The notes below the pieces were generated by a model, which worked only from the letters and a program-made list of their open reading frames with translations, searched no databases and was not told the origin of the DNA. Below, piece by piece: positions 1 to 14,254 of a stretch of DNA of 64,000 bases (the stretch's first letter is position 1; each line of letters begins with the position of its first letter). Source of the stretch: Neoechinorhynchus agilis (taxonomy: Eukaryota; Animalia; Acanthocephala); contig CM121342.1 in assembly GCA_051530055.1 (NCBI GenBank), forward strand, positions 14,089,480 through 14,153,479. Direction: 5' to 3'. Both the position numbers and the translations under genes were made by a program.

Positions 1-3000
1 TGCCTGCGCACAAATAATAAACACGCATTATATTGGCATGCATGAATATCCGAGGATACTAACTGATAGAACGAACTTCGTAAGCGCGCGAGCTCATGAG
101 TTCATACACGTACACAAACAAACAATAAACGTTGAATACGTATACACGAATAAACGGGAATACATACTCCCGAACGCGATTGCGGATGCGATCGGGCAAA
201 CAAATAGTAAAATGCCTGAGCACAAATAATAAACACGCATTATATTCGGAAGCATGCATGAATATCCGAGGATACTAACTGATAGAACGAACTTCGTAAG
301 CGCGCGAGCTCATGAGTTCATACACGTACACAAACAAACAATAAACGTTGAATACGTATACACGAATAAACGGGAATACATACTCCCGAACGCGATTGCG
401 GATGCGATCGGGCAAACAAATAGTAAAATGCCTGAGCACAAATAATAAACACGCATTATATTCGGAAGCATGCATGAATATCCGAGGATACTAACTGATA
501 GAACGAACTTCGTAAGCGCGCGAGCTCATGAGTTCATACACGTACACAAACAAACAATAAACGTTGAATACGTATACACGAATAAACGGGAATACATGCT
601 CCCGAACGCGATTGCGGATGCGATCGGGAAAACAAATAGTAAAACGCCTGAGCACAAATAATAAACACGCATTATATTGGCATGCATGAATACTCGAGGA
701 TACTAACTGATAGAACGAACTTCGTAAGCGCGCGAGCTCATGAGTTCATACACGTACACAAACAAACAATAAACGTTGAATATGTATACACGAATAAACG
801 GGAATACATACTCCCGAACGCGATTGCCGATGCGATCGGGCAAACAAATAGTAAAATGCCTGAGCACAAATAATAAACACGCATTATATTCGGAAGCATG
901 CATGAATATCCGAGGATACTAACTGATAGAACGAACTTCGTAAGCGCGCGAGCTCATGAGTTCATACACGTACACAAACAAACAATAAACGTTGAATACG
1001 TATACACGAATAAACGGGAATACATACTCCCGAACGCGATTGCGGATACCATCGGGAAAACAAATAGTAAAATGCCTGAGCACAAATAATAAACACGCAT
1101 TATATTCGGAAGCATGCATGAATATCCGAGGATACTAACTGATAGAACGAACTTCGTAAGCGCGCGAGCTCATGAGTTCATACACGTACACAAACAAACA
1201 ATAAAGTTGAATACGTATACACGAATAAACGGGAATACATACTCCAGAACGCGATTGCGGATGCGATCGGGCAAACAAATAGTAAAATGCCTGCGCACAA
1301 ATAATAAACACGCATTATATTCGGAAGCATGCATGAATATCCGAGGATACTAACTGATAGAACGAACTTCGTAAGCGCGCGAGCTCATGAGTTCATACAC
1401 GTACACAAACAAACAATAAACGTTGAATACGTATACACGAATAAACGGGAATACATACTCCAGAACGCGATTGCGGATGCGATCGGGTAAACAAATAGTA
1501 AAATGCCTGAGCACAAATAATAAACACGCATTATATTCGGAAGCATGCATGAATACTCGAGGATACTAACTGATAGAACGAACTTCGTAAGCGCGCGAGC
1601 TCATGAGTTCATACACGTACACAAACAAACAATAAACGTTGAATACGTATACACGAATAAACGGGAATACATACTCCCGAACGCGATTGCGGATACCATC
1701 GGGAAAACAAATAGTAAAATGCCTGAGCACAAATAATAAACACGCATTATATTCGGAAGCATGCATGAATATCCGAGGATACTAACTGATAGAACGAACT
1801 TCGTAAGCGCGCGAGCTCATGAGTTCATAGACGTACACAAATAAACAATAACGTTGAATACGTATACACGAATAAACGGGAATACATACTACAGAACGCG
1901 ATTGCGGATGCGATCGTGCAAACAAATAGTAAAATGCCAGCGCACAAATAATAAACACGCATTATATTCGGAAGCATGCATGAATATCCGAGGATACTAA
2001 CTGATAGAACGAACTTCGTAAGCGCGCGAGCTCATGAGTTCATACACGTACACAAACAAACAATAAACGTTGAATACGTATACACGAATAAACGGGAATA
2101 CATACTCCCGAACGCGATTTCGGATACCATCGGGAAAACAAATAGTAAAATGCCTGAGCACAAATAATAAACACGCATTATATTCGGAAGCATGCACTAA
2201 TATCCGAGGATACTAACTGATAGAACGAACTTCGTAAGCGCGCGAGCTCATGTGTTCATAGACGTACACAAATAAACAATAACGTTGAATACGTATACAC
2301 GAATAAACGGGAATACATACTATAGAAGGCGATTGCGGATGCGATCGTGCAAACAAATAGTAAAATGCCAGCGCACAAATAATAAACACGCATTATATTC
2401 GGAAGCATGCATAAATATCCGAGGATACTAACTGATGGAACGAACATCGTAAGCGCGCGAGCTCATGAGTTCATACACGTACACAAACAAACAATAAACG
2501 TTGAATACATATACACGAAAAAACGGGAATGCATGCTCCCGAACGCGATTGCGGATGCGATCGGCAAACAAATCGTAAAACGCTTGAGCACAAATAATAA
2601 ACACGCATTATATTGGCATGCATGAATACTCGAGTATACTAACTGATAGAACGAACTTCGTAAGCGCTCGAGCTCATGAGTTCATACACGTACACAAACA
2701 AACAATAAACGTTGAATATGTATTCACGAATAAACGGGAATACATACTACTGAACGCGATTGACGATGCATTCGGGCAAACAAACAGTACAATGCCTGAG
2801 CACAAATAATAAACACGCATTTTTATTCGGAAGCATGCATGAATATCCGAGGATACCAACTGATAGAACGAACTTCGTAAGCGCGCGAGCTCATGAGTTC
2901 ATACACGTACACAAACAAACAATAAACGTTGAATACGTATACACGAATAAACGGGAATACATAATCCCGAACGCGATTGCGGATACCATCGGGAAAACAA

Positions 3001-6000
3001 GTAGTAAAATGCCTGAGCACAAATAATAAACACGCATTATATTCGGAAGCATGCATGAATATCCGAGGATACTAACTGATGGAACGAACTTCGTAAGCGC
3101 GCGAGCTCATGCGTTCATAGACGTACACAAATAAACAATAACGTTAAATACGTATACACGAATAAACGGGAATACATACTCCAGAACGCGATTGCGGATG
3201 CGATCGTGCAAACAAATAGTAAAATGCCAGCGCACAAATAATAAACACGTATTATATTCGGAAGCATGCATAAATATCCGACGATACTAACTGATGGAAC
3301 GAACATCGTAAGCGCGCGAGCTCATGAGTTCATACACGTACACAAACAAACAATAAACGTTGAATACGTATACACGAATAAACGGGAATACATACTCCCG
3401 AACGCGATTGCGGATGCGATCGGGCAAACAAATAGTAAAACGCCTGAGCACAAATAATAAACACGCATTATATTGGCATGCATGAATACTCGAGGATACT
3501 AACTGATAGAACGAACTTCGTAAGCGCTCGAGCTCATGAGTTCATACACGTACACAAACAAACAATAAACGTTGAATATGTATTCACGAATAAACGGAAA
3601 TACATACTACTGAACGCGATTGCGGATACGATCGGGCAAACAAATAGTAAAATGCCTGAGCACAAATAATAAACACGCATTATATTCGCAAGGATGCATG
3701 AATATCCGAGGATACTAACTGATAGAACGAACTTCGTAAGCGCGCGAGCTCATGAGTTCATACACGTACACAAACAAACAATAACGTTGAATACGTATAC
3801 ACGAATAAACGGGAATACATACTCCCGAACGCGATTGCGGATGCGATCGGGCAAACAAATAGTAAAATGCCTGCGCACAAATAATAAACACGCATTATAT
3901 TGGCATGCATGAATACTCGAGGATACTAACTGATAGAACGAACTTCGTAAGCGCGCGAGCTCATGAGTTCATACACGTACACAAACAAACAATAATGTTG
4001 AATATGTATACACGAATAAACGGGAATACATACTACTGAACGCGATTGCGGATACGATCGGGCAAACAAATAGTAAAATGCCTGAGCACAAATAATAAAC
4101 ACGCATTATATTCGCAAGCATGCATGAATATCCGAGGATACTAACTGATAGAACGAACTTCGTAAGCGCGCGAGCTCATGAGTTCATACACGTACACAAA
4201 CAAACAATAAACGTTGAATACGTATACACGAATAAACGGGAATACATACTCCCGAACGCGATTGCGGATACCATCGGGAAAACAAATAGTAAAATGCCTG
4301 AGCACAAATAATAAACACGCATTATATTCGGAAGCATGCATGAATATCCGAGGATACTAACTGATAGAACGAACTTCGTAAGCGCGCGAGCTCATGAGTT
4401 CATAGACGTACACAAACAAACAATAAATGTTGAATACGTATACACGAATAAACGGGAATACATACTCCAGAACGCGATTGCGGATGCGATCGTGATTCGG
4501 AAGCATGCATGAATATCCGAGGATACTAACTGATAGAACGAACTTCGTAAGCGCGCGAGCTCATGAGTTCATAGACGTACACAAACAAACAATAAACGTT
4601 GAATACGTATACACGAATAAACGGGAATACATACTCCAGAACGCGATTGCGGATGCGATCGGGTTAACAAATAGTAAAACGCCTGAGCACAAATAAAAAA
4701 CGCGCATTATATTCGCAAGCATGCATGAATACTCGAGGATACTAACTGATAGAACGACCTTCGTAAGCGTGCGAGCTCATGAGTTCATGCACGTACACAA
4801 ACAAACAATAAACGTTGAATACATATACACGAATAAACGGGAATGCATGCTCCCGAACGCGATTGCGGATGCGATCGGGAAAACAAATCGTAAAACGCTT
4901 GAGCACAAATAATAAACACGCATTATATTGGCATGCATGAATACTCGAGTATACTAACTGATAGAACGAACTTCGTAAGCGCTCGAGCTCATGAGTTCAT
5001 ACACGTACACAAACAAACAATAAACGTTGAATATGTATACACGAATAAACGGGAATACATACTACTGAACGCGATTGACGATGCAATCGGGCAAACAAAC
5101 AGTACAATGCCTGAGCACAAATAATAAACACGCATTTTTATTCGGAAGCATGCATGAATATCCGAGGATACTAACTGATAGAACGAACTTCGTAAGCGCG
5201 CGAGCTCATGAGTTCATACACGTACACAAACAAACAATAAACGTTGAATACGTATACACGAATAAACGGGAATACATACTCCCGAACGCGATTGCGGATA
5301 CCATCGGGAAAACAAATAGTAAAATGCCTGAGCACAAATAATAAACACGCATTATATTCGGAAGCATGCATGAATATCCGAGGATACTAACTGATAGAAC
5401 GAACTTCGTAAGCGCGCGAGCTCATGAGTTCATAGACGTACACAAACAAACAATAATGTTGAATACGTATACACGAATAAACGGGAATGCATACTCCAGA
5501 ACGCGATTGCGGATGCGATCGTGCAAACAAATAGTAAAATGCCAGCGCACAAATAATAAACACGCATTATATTCGGAAGCATGCATAAATATCCGAGGAT
5601 ACTAACTGATGGAACGAACTTCGTAATCGCGCGAGCTCATGAGTTCATACACGTACACAAACAAACAATAAACGTTTAAAACGTATACACGAATAAACGG
5701 GAATACATACTCCAGAACGCGATTGCGGATGCGATCGGGTTAACAAATAGTAAAACGCCTGAGCACAAATAAAAAACGCGCATTATATTCGCAAGCATGC
5801 ATGAATACTCGAGGATACTAACTGATAGAACGAACTTCGTAAGCGCGCGAGCTCATGAGTTCATACACGTACACAAACAATAAACGTTGAATACGTATAC
5901 ACGAATAAACGGGAATACATACTCCCGAACGCGATTGCGGATGCGATCGGGCAAACAAATAGTAAAATGCCTGAGCACAAATAATAAACACGCATTATAT

Positions 6001-9000
6001 TCGGAAGCATGCATGAATATCCGAGGATACTAACTGATAGAACGAACTTCGTAAGCGCGCGAGCTCATGAGTTCATACACGTACACAAACAAACAATAAA
6101 CGTTGAATACGTATACACGAATAAACGGGAATACATACTCCCGAACGCGATTTGCGGATACCATCGGGAAAACAAGTAGTAAAATGCCTGAGCACAAATA
6201 ATAAACACGCATTATATTCGGAAGCATGCATGAATATCCGAGGATACTAACTGATAGAACGAACTTCGTAAGCGCGCGAGCTCATGAGTTCATAGACGTA
6301 CACAAATAAACAATAACGTTGAATACGTATACACGAATAAACGGGAATACATACTCCAGAACGCGATTGCGGATGCGATCGGGCAAACAAATAGTAAAAT
6401 GCCAGCGCACAAATAATAAACACGCATTATATTCGGAAGCATGCATAAATATCCGAGGATACTAACTGATGGAACGAACTTCGTAAGCGCGCGAGCTCAT
6501 GAGTTCATACACGTACACAAACAAACAATAAACGTTGAATACGTATACACGAATAAACGGGAATACATACTCCCGAACGCGATTGCGGATGCGATCGGGC
6601 AAACAAATAGTAAAATGCCTGAGCACAAATAATAAACACGCATTATATTGGGCATGCATGAATACTCGAGGATACTAACTGATAGAACGAACTTCGTAAG
6701 CGCGCGAGCTCATGAGTTCATACACGTACACAAACAAACAATAAACGTTGAATATGTATACACGAATAAACGGGAATACATACTCCCGAACGCGATTGCG
6801 GATGCGATCGGGCAAACAAATAGTAAAATGCCTGAGCACAAATAATAAACACGCATTATATTCGCAAGCATGCATGAATATCCGAGGATACTAACTGATA
6901 GAACGAACTTCGTAAGCGCGCGAGCTCATGAGTTCATACACGTACACAAACAAACAATAAACGTTGAATACGTATACACGAATAAACGGGAATACATACT
7001 CCCGAACGCGATTGCGGATACGATCGGGCAAACAAATAGTAAAATGCCTGAGCACAAATAATAAACACGCATTATATTCGGAAGCATGCATGAATATCCG
7101 AGGATACTAACTGATAGAACGAACTTCGTAAGCGCGCGAGCTCATGAGTTCATAGACGTACACAAACAAACAATAAACGTTGAATACGTATACACGAATA
7201 AACGGGAATACATACTCCAGAACGCGATTGCGGATGCGATCGTGATTCGGAAGCATGCATGAATATCCGAGGATACTAACTGATAGAACGAACTTCGTAA
7301 GCGCGCGAGCTCATGAGTTCATACACGTACACAAACAAACAATAAACGTTGAATACGTATACACGAATAAACGGGAATACATACTCCAGAACGCGATTGC
7401 GGATGCGATCGGGTTAACAAATAGTAAAACGCCTGAGCACAAATAAAAAACGCGCATTATATTCGCAAGCATGCATGAATACTCGAGGATACTAACTGAT
7501 AGAACGACCTTCGTAAGCGTGCGAGCTCATGAGTTCATGCACGTACACAAACAAACAATAAACGTTGAATACATATACACGAATAAACGGGAATGCATGC
7601 TCCCGAACGCGATTGCGGATGCGATCGGGAAAACAAATCGTAAAACGCTTGAGCACAAATAATAAACACGCATTATATTGGCATGCATGAATACTCGAGT
7701 ATACTAACTGATAGAACGAACTTCGTAAGCGCTCGAGCTCATGAGTTCATACACGTACACAAACAAACAATAAACGTTGAATATGTATACACGAATAAAC
7801 GGGAATACATACTACTGAACGCGATTGACGATGCAATCGGGCAAACAAACAGTACAATGCCTGAGCACAAATAATAAACACGCATTTTTATTCGGAAGCA
7901 TGCATGAATATCCGAGGATACCAACTGATAGAACGAACTTCGTAAGCGCGCGAGCTCATGAGTTCATACACGTACACAAACAAACAATAAACGTTGAATA
8001 CGTATACACGAATAAACGGGAATACATACTCCCGAACGCGATTGCGGATACCATCGGGAAAACAAATAGTAAAATGCCTGAGCACAAATAATAAACACGC
8101 ATTATATTCGGAAGCATGCATGAATATCCGAGGATACTAACTGATAGAACGAACTTCGTAAGCGCGCGAGCTCATGAGTTCATAGACGTACACAAACAAA
8201 CAATAATGTTGAATACGTATACACGAATAAACGGGAATACATACTCCAGAACGCGATTGCGGATGCGATCGTGCAAACAAATAGTAAAATGCCAGCGCAC
8301 AAATAATAAACACGCATTATATTCGGAAGCATGCATAAATATCCGAGGATACTAACTGATGGAACGAACTTCGTAAGCGCGCGAGCTCATGAGTTCATAC
8401 ACGTACACAAACAAACAATAAACGTTGAATACGTATACACGAATAAACGGGAATACATACTCCAGAACGCGATTGCGGATGCGATCGGGTTAACAAATAG
8501 TAAAACGCCTGAGCACAAATAAAAAACGCGCATTATATTCGCAAGCATGCATGAATACTCGAGGATACTAACTGATAGAACGACCTTCGTAAGCGCGCGA
8601 GCTCATGAGTTCATGCACGTACACAAACAAACAATAAACGTTGAATATGTATTCACGAATAAACGGGAATACATACTACTGAACGCGATTGACGATGCAA
8701 TCGGGCAAACAAACAGTACAATGCCTGAGCACAAATAATAAACACGCATTATATTCGGAAGCATGCATGAATATCCGAGGATACTAACTGATAGAACGAA
8801 CTTCGTAAGCGCGCGAGCTCATGAGTTCATCACGTACACAAACAAACAATAAACGTTGAATACTATCACGAATAAAGGGTTGGCAACTGATAGAACGAAC
8901 TTCGTAAGCGCGCGAGCTCATGAGTTCATACACGTACACAAACAAACAATAAACGTTGAATATGTATATACGAATAAACGGGAATGCATACTCCCGAACT

Positions 9001-9599
9001 CGATTGCGGATACCATCCGGCAAACAAACAGTAAAATGCCTGAGCACAAATAATAAACACGCATTATATTCGGAAGCATGCATGAATACTCGAGGATACT
9101 AACTATTAAACCGGACTTCGCAAGCGCGCGAGATCATGAGAGCATACACGTACACAAAGGAACAATAACCTTTTTATTTGTATAAACGAATAAACGGGAA
9201 TACATACTGGCGAACGCGATTGCGGATGGGATACTGAAAACAAATAGTAAAAAGCCTGAGCACAAATAATAAACGCGCATTATATTCGCAAGCATGCATG
9301 AATACTCGAAGATACTAGCTGATAGAAGGAACTTCGTAAGCGCGCGAGCTCATGAGTAAATACACGTACACAAACAATAAACGTTGAATACGTATACACG
9401 AATAAACGGGAATACATACTCCCGAACGCGATTGCGGATGCGATCGGGCAAACAAATAGTAAAATGCCTGAGCACAAATAATAAACACGCATTATATTCG
9501 GAAGCATGCATGAATACTCGAGGATACTAACTGATAGAACGAACTTCGTAAGCGCGCGAGCTCATGAGTTCATACACGTACACAAACAAACAATAAACG
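1..9599. repeat. Tandem satellite array, 216-bp monomer, about 45 copies, with 211-217-bp and 169-bp variants and higher-order duplication
   Basis: The CATGCATGAATATCCGAGG motif recurs at 38, 254, 470, 682, 898, 1114 and onward with 216-bp spacing (212 where TTCGGAAG becomes TTGG). Truncated 169-bp units start at 4336 and 7086. The array runs off the left edge of the window and ends abruptly near 9599. Confidence 0.99.
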
Positions 9600-10504
9600 G
9601 GGATTATATTAGCCATTGCGCGACTGGTTATGTGAATACACGTCTATTTGCAAACATTAAACGCGACTGATAGGCACGCGAATACATCAACTTCCGGAAT
9701 TGCTTACTGCTAAACTTAAACATTTGTACCCAAGCACACTTATTGATAAAAACGATGGCATATGGGCACTATTAAATTATTACAAATCGATGTACGCTCA
9801 CCAATGCGAGCATTAAATATGCAAATATACTTTATTTAGTTAATATTACCTATTATATACTTTTTATGTATTGGAACTTTATGGGGAAAAACGTTTGAAT
9901 GGTTAAAGTTTGGTGGACTCTCGGGCACATTTTAGTTTACTTACATTTACAACAAAGCACAATGTTTCTTACATTAAGATTTATTTTGTCTAGCACGTAC
10001 TTCATATCGTTATTAATTTGTACTGCGACTATTTATGTGTATTTTTACGCACCTTTTGGTTAATGCGAACTTAGTAGACGGGAATCAAGAGCGATTCGTA
10101 GGATTTAGTGATGAATTGAATATAGAGATGTTCTAAATTAATGTCATTGATTTATTTTCGTATCATAATAAATTATTAACAGTCAACCGTTCACATCGAC
10201 TTACCGATTATTTAGCAGTTTTCATTTATATCCTATGCAGGGCCTCGTAAATTCTCTTTTTTGCGAGCCTTAAAAATTAAGTAAATTTTGCAAACGTCTG
10301 TCTAAATTGAAGCCAGACTATGATAGTCGTTGTCATTTACGACCTATCTAAGTTTTCGACGGAGAATTATTAATGACAGCAATACGCGTAGACGCACTGT
10401 CTCAATTTTACACTGTATTCCAAGTGTAAGTTATTCTTACATCTAAAAGATCGATACGGTTAAAACATTAGATCGCGTAAGTCGGATAGGACTATTTGAT
10501 GGAA

Positions 10505-12814
10505 ATGTTGCCGACACCTGAGGAGAAAGGCCACGTTAAGGTTCTTTTGAGGGTGCGACCGCTTTCAATCAATGAACAACGCTTCAAAAGGTTTAAATTC
10601 TCATTCGCCGCAGCCATGCATGCATCTCTACCGCACTCATAGCGTTATTTGCGTTGACGAGGATGAAGCATTGGTGTCCGTGGTAAATCCAGCCCGTACT
10701 GACGATGTTCGGTCGTTCAAATTCGATGCCGTTTATGCACCAAGGTTCTAGCTGATATTTGAAATTTTCGCTTTTGTACAAATATTTTCGACTATAGTGC
10801 TTCAACTGAAACTATTTTTCTGGATCAAATAACAAAAGTTATTGATTCAAGTCTTGGAGGAGTGAATAGCACCGTTTTGGTCTACGGACAAACGGGAACA
10901 GGTAAAACTTTTACTATGGAGGGTTCGTGTCTTGCTTTAGTTTTACGTTTACCTTTGCTCTTATTTGTTTTAGGATCAGATGAACTTGGTTCCAAAGGTT
11001 TCTATTGGCTAGCGCTGAATTACATTCTGAAAGATAAGCAAAATGATTCACAGAAACGAAACGTATTTATTTCATTTGTTGAGTTCTATAAGGTATTGCG
11101 AATCAGATTTAAGACTCTAATTGCTCTAACATACAGGAAGATATAAACGACCTATTGGTTGATCGACAAAATCAACGAAGTCTTGAACTACGAGGCGACG
11201 GTAAAGACTGGATTGTTCATGTAAGAACGGAATCACTTAGTTAATAAGACACTATCATCTGCTGAAAAGGGTCTTCATCGGATTCAATGCAACGATGCCG
11301 ATCAGATCGACAGAATAATAAAGCAGGCGCAAATAAGGCGGGCAAAAGGGTACGTCGATTTGAACCTACGCGCAAGGAGAGCGTTATTTCAGAGTGCTGA
11401 ACAGGTCCACGAAAATGAATGTGAAAAGTTCGAGGTCCCACAGCATTTTAATAATCGAAATCGATAACATGAGTATCCGATCACGACTCTACATGATAGA
11501 CCTGGCCGGCAGCGAGCGACTGTCAAAATCGGGCTCAATTGTTAGTGGGCAGAGGGATTGTTTTTATCTCTCGCTTTATGCAAATGCATTCATTTAAAAA
11601 GGGTGATCGGATGTCCGAGGCGACGAAAATAAATTTAGCACTTTCAGCTTTGACTAATGTGATTCTGGCATTAACAACGCGCAGACCGCATATTCCGTAC
11701 CGAGATTCCAAATTGACAAGACTGCTGAAAGGTTTGAAAATGATATTCTTAAGTGAAGCAGATCGCAGCAGACTAATTAGATTCACTTGGAGGAACTGCT
11801 GATGTAACTGTGATCGCTACCTGTGGTCCTGCCAGTTACAATTACGAAGAAACTCTGCAGACTATAAAGTATGCATTAGACTCTATTTTTTGAATTGGGC
11901 TTTATTCCTGTGGAAGACTAGATACGCCCAGCGTTGCATGGGGATCTCAAATAGCTTAAAAGTTAATCACATTGACGATATTTATTCCGAGGATTCTCAC
12001 TCTACGCGAATCAACAGGTTTGCGTCTTTCATAGACTTGGGAATATGATCATCAATGGATGATGGCTAGGCTGAAGTGCGAACTGGCGAAACCGTCAACC
12101 GATTCGTTCGATTTCTCTGTAAGTTCAAACAGTTCTCGAACAAGCATTGTGCGATCTTCGAATGTATCTTCATTTTCTTCGCTCAAATCGTAAGTTAAAG
12201 TTTATGTTAACATTTCTGTTGTAACCTTTCTAGAGTTCCATTGGTCGACGAAGAACAACAAGCGTTCAAAGATAAAGAAAAACAATTACAAGGTTTGGAA
12301 GGATGCTATAAGAGACTACAAAGTGAGCTTATGCGAATGACGGTACTACTTCTGTTGCAATAATAGAAAAAATAGAAATGACCTTTTGTTTTAGGAAAAG
12401 GCAGTAACGGGAATTAATGAGTATAAACGTATTTTAGAGGAATTGGAGAAGGAATCAGCTTATTACGAGGCCGTGATCGATACTTTTATCCCACCGGAGG
12501 ATGCTGAGTATGCTCGAAATCGGCTGGTTTTATCGTCCGATGGAGCTTATTATCATGTCAGATCTGACTTTGACGAAAGGTGAGTGTCATCCACATAATA
12601 ATTATAGAGAGTGTAAAATGTGATGAATTTCTATCTTAGAAAGTTCGCAATGCAGCGTTTGTGCTTATGGGACTTTGTAGTTGTTGATGAGGACTCGAGC
12701 GGACAATGGCAACTGCAAAACACTGATCGCGTATGGATTCCGAACAAAGAGGCAATCATAGAAGCAATTCGATACAATACTTTTATCAATAATTCAAGCG
12801 ATGATGAGTTCTGA
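10505..12814 (+). CDS. Kinesin-2 (KIF3-like) motor protein, about 540 aa, 13 GT-AG introns of 44-61 nt
   Basis: The spliced model gives VKVLLRVRP, the P-loop GQTGTGKT, switch I NVKSSRSH, switch II DLAGSER, and [13 protein letters not shown]. The tail motif IDTFIPPED resembles KIF3A/B IENFIP. Example introns: 10591-10642, 10745-10797, 10923-10973, 11093-11136, 11221-11269, 11350-11404, 11541-11601, 12580-12639. Confidence 0.9.
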
Positions 12815-13087
12815 AAGATTGTGGAATAAATCGCCCAAATTCACCATTATTCGCATCCACGAAAAAAAATGTGTGTGCCGTTTCTCTTAAAGGTTCACAA
12901 AAGAACTTCATTGTATATCAATGGGTGTTTCGTACGTAATGAATACACCACCTTTACATTTCACGACCTTCCACCTACACTACAATAAAAAAAGGACGTA
13001 CTAATTCGCTCGTTGACGTTTGTTTGGACCAAAAGCTTTTTCTCCAAAGTATTTTATAGCTAAGTATTTGCAAATTTTGTGCGAGTG

Positions 13088-13318
13088 ATGAAGACAAAGA
13101 GATTGAACAGTAATTATGGTGTAGTACAGAGAAGCCGATCAATAGAATTTAAGAACGAAGATGATTTGCCGGATAGTGTTCTCGAGATGGCATGTCTCGA
13201 GGCGGAGTTCGCGATGAGAATCTCAAGAAAAAGAAAAATTTCACAAGATATGGACTTTGAGGAATACAACAAAATCTTGTCATCATTGATATTGAACAGT
13301 TTTGACGAATTCAAATGA
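13088..13318 (+). CDS. Short ORF of unknown function (76 aa), convergent with RPS17
   Basis: The ORF has protein-like, acidic/basic composition. No recognisable homology. Confidence 0.25.
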   Translation: MKTKRLNSNYGVVQRSRSIEFKNEDDLPDSVLEMACLEAEFAMRISRKRKISQDMDFEEYNKILSSLILNSFDEFK

Positions 13319-13353
13319 GTGTGCGTGATAAACACAAACAAACAGAATGTTTT

Positions 13354-13707
13354 TTAAACCTTTGAAAAGTGTCCGAAACCAATTTCGTTCAACATGCTTG
13401 AAGTAGCCGTGTCCAATTCTGCATCGATATTTTGAAGGACAGAAACGTCCGGGACGTAGTTATCTCGTCTTTCGCGTTCTTCTTCCTGTAGTTTGATAGA
13501 AATTCCGCGCACCGGTCCTTGTTTTATCCGCTTCATCAAGTGGGTGATATAACCAGCGATTTGGTTTCGTAACCGCTTCGTCGGGATTACTGCGATTGAA
13601 TCACAGACCTTCTTATTGGTCTCAAAATCCGTTCCTAATTTAAAATAGTAATTCTCAATAATTTGCCGAGAAGCCTTTTTCACAGTCTTGGTACGAACGC
13701 GACCCAT
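13354..13707 (-). CDS. RPS17: 40S ribosomal protein S17 (eS17), intronless, 117 aa
   Basis: The N-terminus [21 protein letters not shown] and the motifs [18 protein letters not shown] and [23 protein letters not shown] are canonical. Confidence 0.98.
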   Translation of the reverse strand: MGRVRTKTVKKASRQIIENYYFKLGTDFETNKKVCDSIAVIPTKRLRNQIAGYITHLMKRIKQGPVRGISIKLQEEERERRDNYVPDVSVLQNIDAELDTATSSMLNEIGFGHFSKV

Positions 13708-13930
13708 CAAACACACAACAAACGAAACGGGAATGCGGAAAGCGACGAAACTCCAAGAATACACGAAAGAACTTTAAAGTCTATGACGCAATTTCAGCAC
13801 ATATCAAATACAATCCGGACAAACATTGACATTCCACTTTATTTAAATAAAGGGGATTGTTTTCCTCGAAAATGAATGATATAAGTTTTCTTTAACAGCA
13901 AAATTATATTATTTTTCTGAAATTTAAATA

Positions 13931-14254
13931 CAGTAGAACGTGGTTTATCCGCGAATTTATTGAGGCCAGACATCATTCGGATACGAGATTTTTCAGATAA
14001 CCGAAAACCCAATGTGGCTCAGTTTTTAAAGCTCGTATTCTTAACATGCGGAAAAAGTTCTTAAAAGGGCAAAATGGTTGCAGAATTTCATAATTTTGGC
14101 TTTATTCATGAAAATAATCACTTATTTGATCTCTGTACCCCATTGCACACCTTCGTTTTTTCGCTGCAGTCTCTGATTCTCTTCTGGCAACAGAATTTGA
14201 GTAAGAAAGCAGCCCAGACAAAAATTGGCGTTTCGGATAATCGATGTTCCACTG
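13931..14254. mobile_element. Tc1/mariner-pogo (Tigger-like) MITE
   Basis: It has imperfect terminal inverted repeats, CAGTAGAACGTGGTTTATCCG and CGGATAATCGATGTTCCACTG, flanked by TA on both sides. Confidence 0.7.

Noticed and set aside
62-100. CTGATAGA-ACGAACTTCGT-AAGCGCGC in the satellite resembles a hammerhead core
   Set aside because: It has an extra base in CUGANGA, no GAAA after the hairpin, and no NUH site with stem I pairing. It is not supportable as a ribozyme, although a common origin cannot be excluded.
38-9507. Repeated 63-aa (+) and 66-aa (-) ORFs in the satellite; the minus frame has only one stop per 216-bp unit
   Set aside because: Many monomers carry 1-, 4- and 47-bp indels that break the frame, and there is no recognisable domain. 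One or two stops in 72 codons in one of six frames is not remarkable.
1-9599. CRISPR-like or tandem RNA-gene (5S, SL RNA, tRNA) interpretation of the array
   Set aside because: There are no unique spacers, no cas genes, and no 5S, tRNA or Sm-site signature; the context is eukaryotic.
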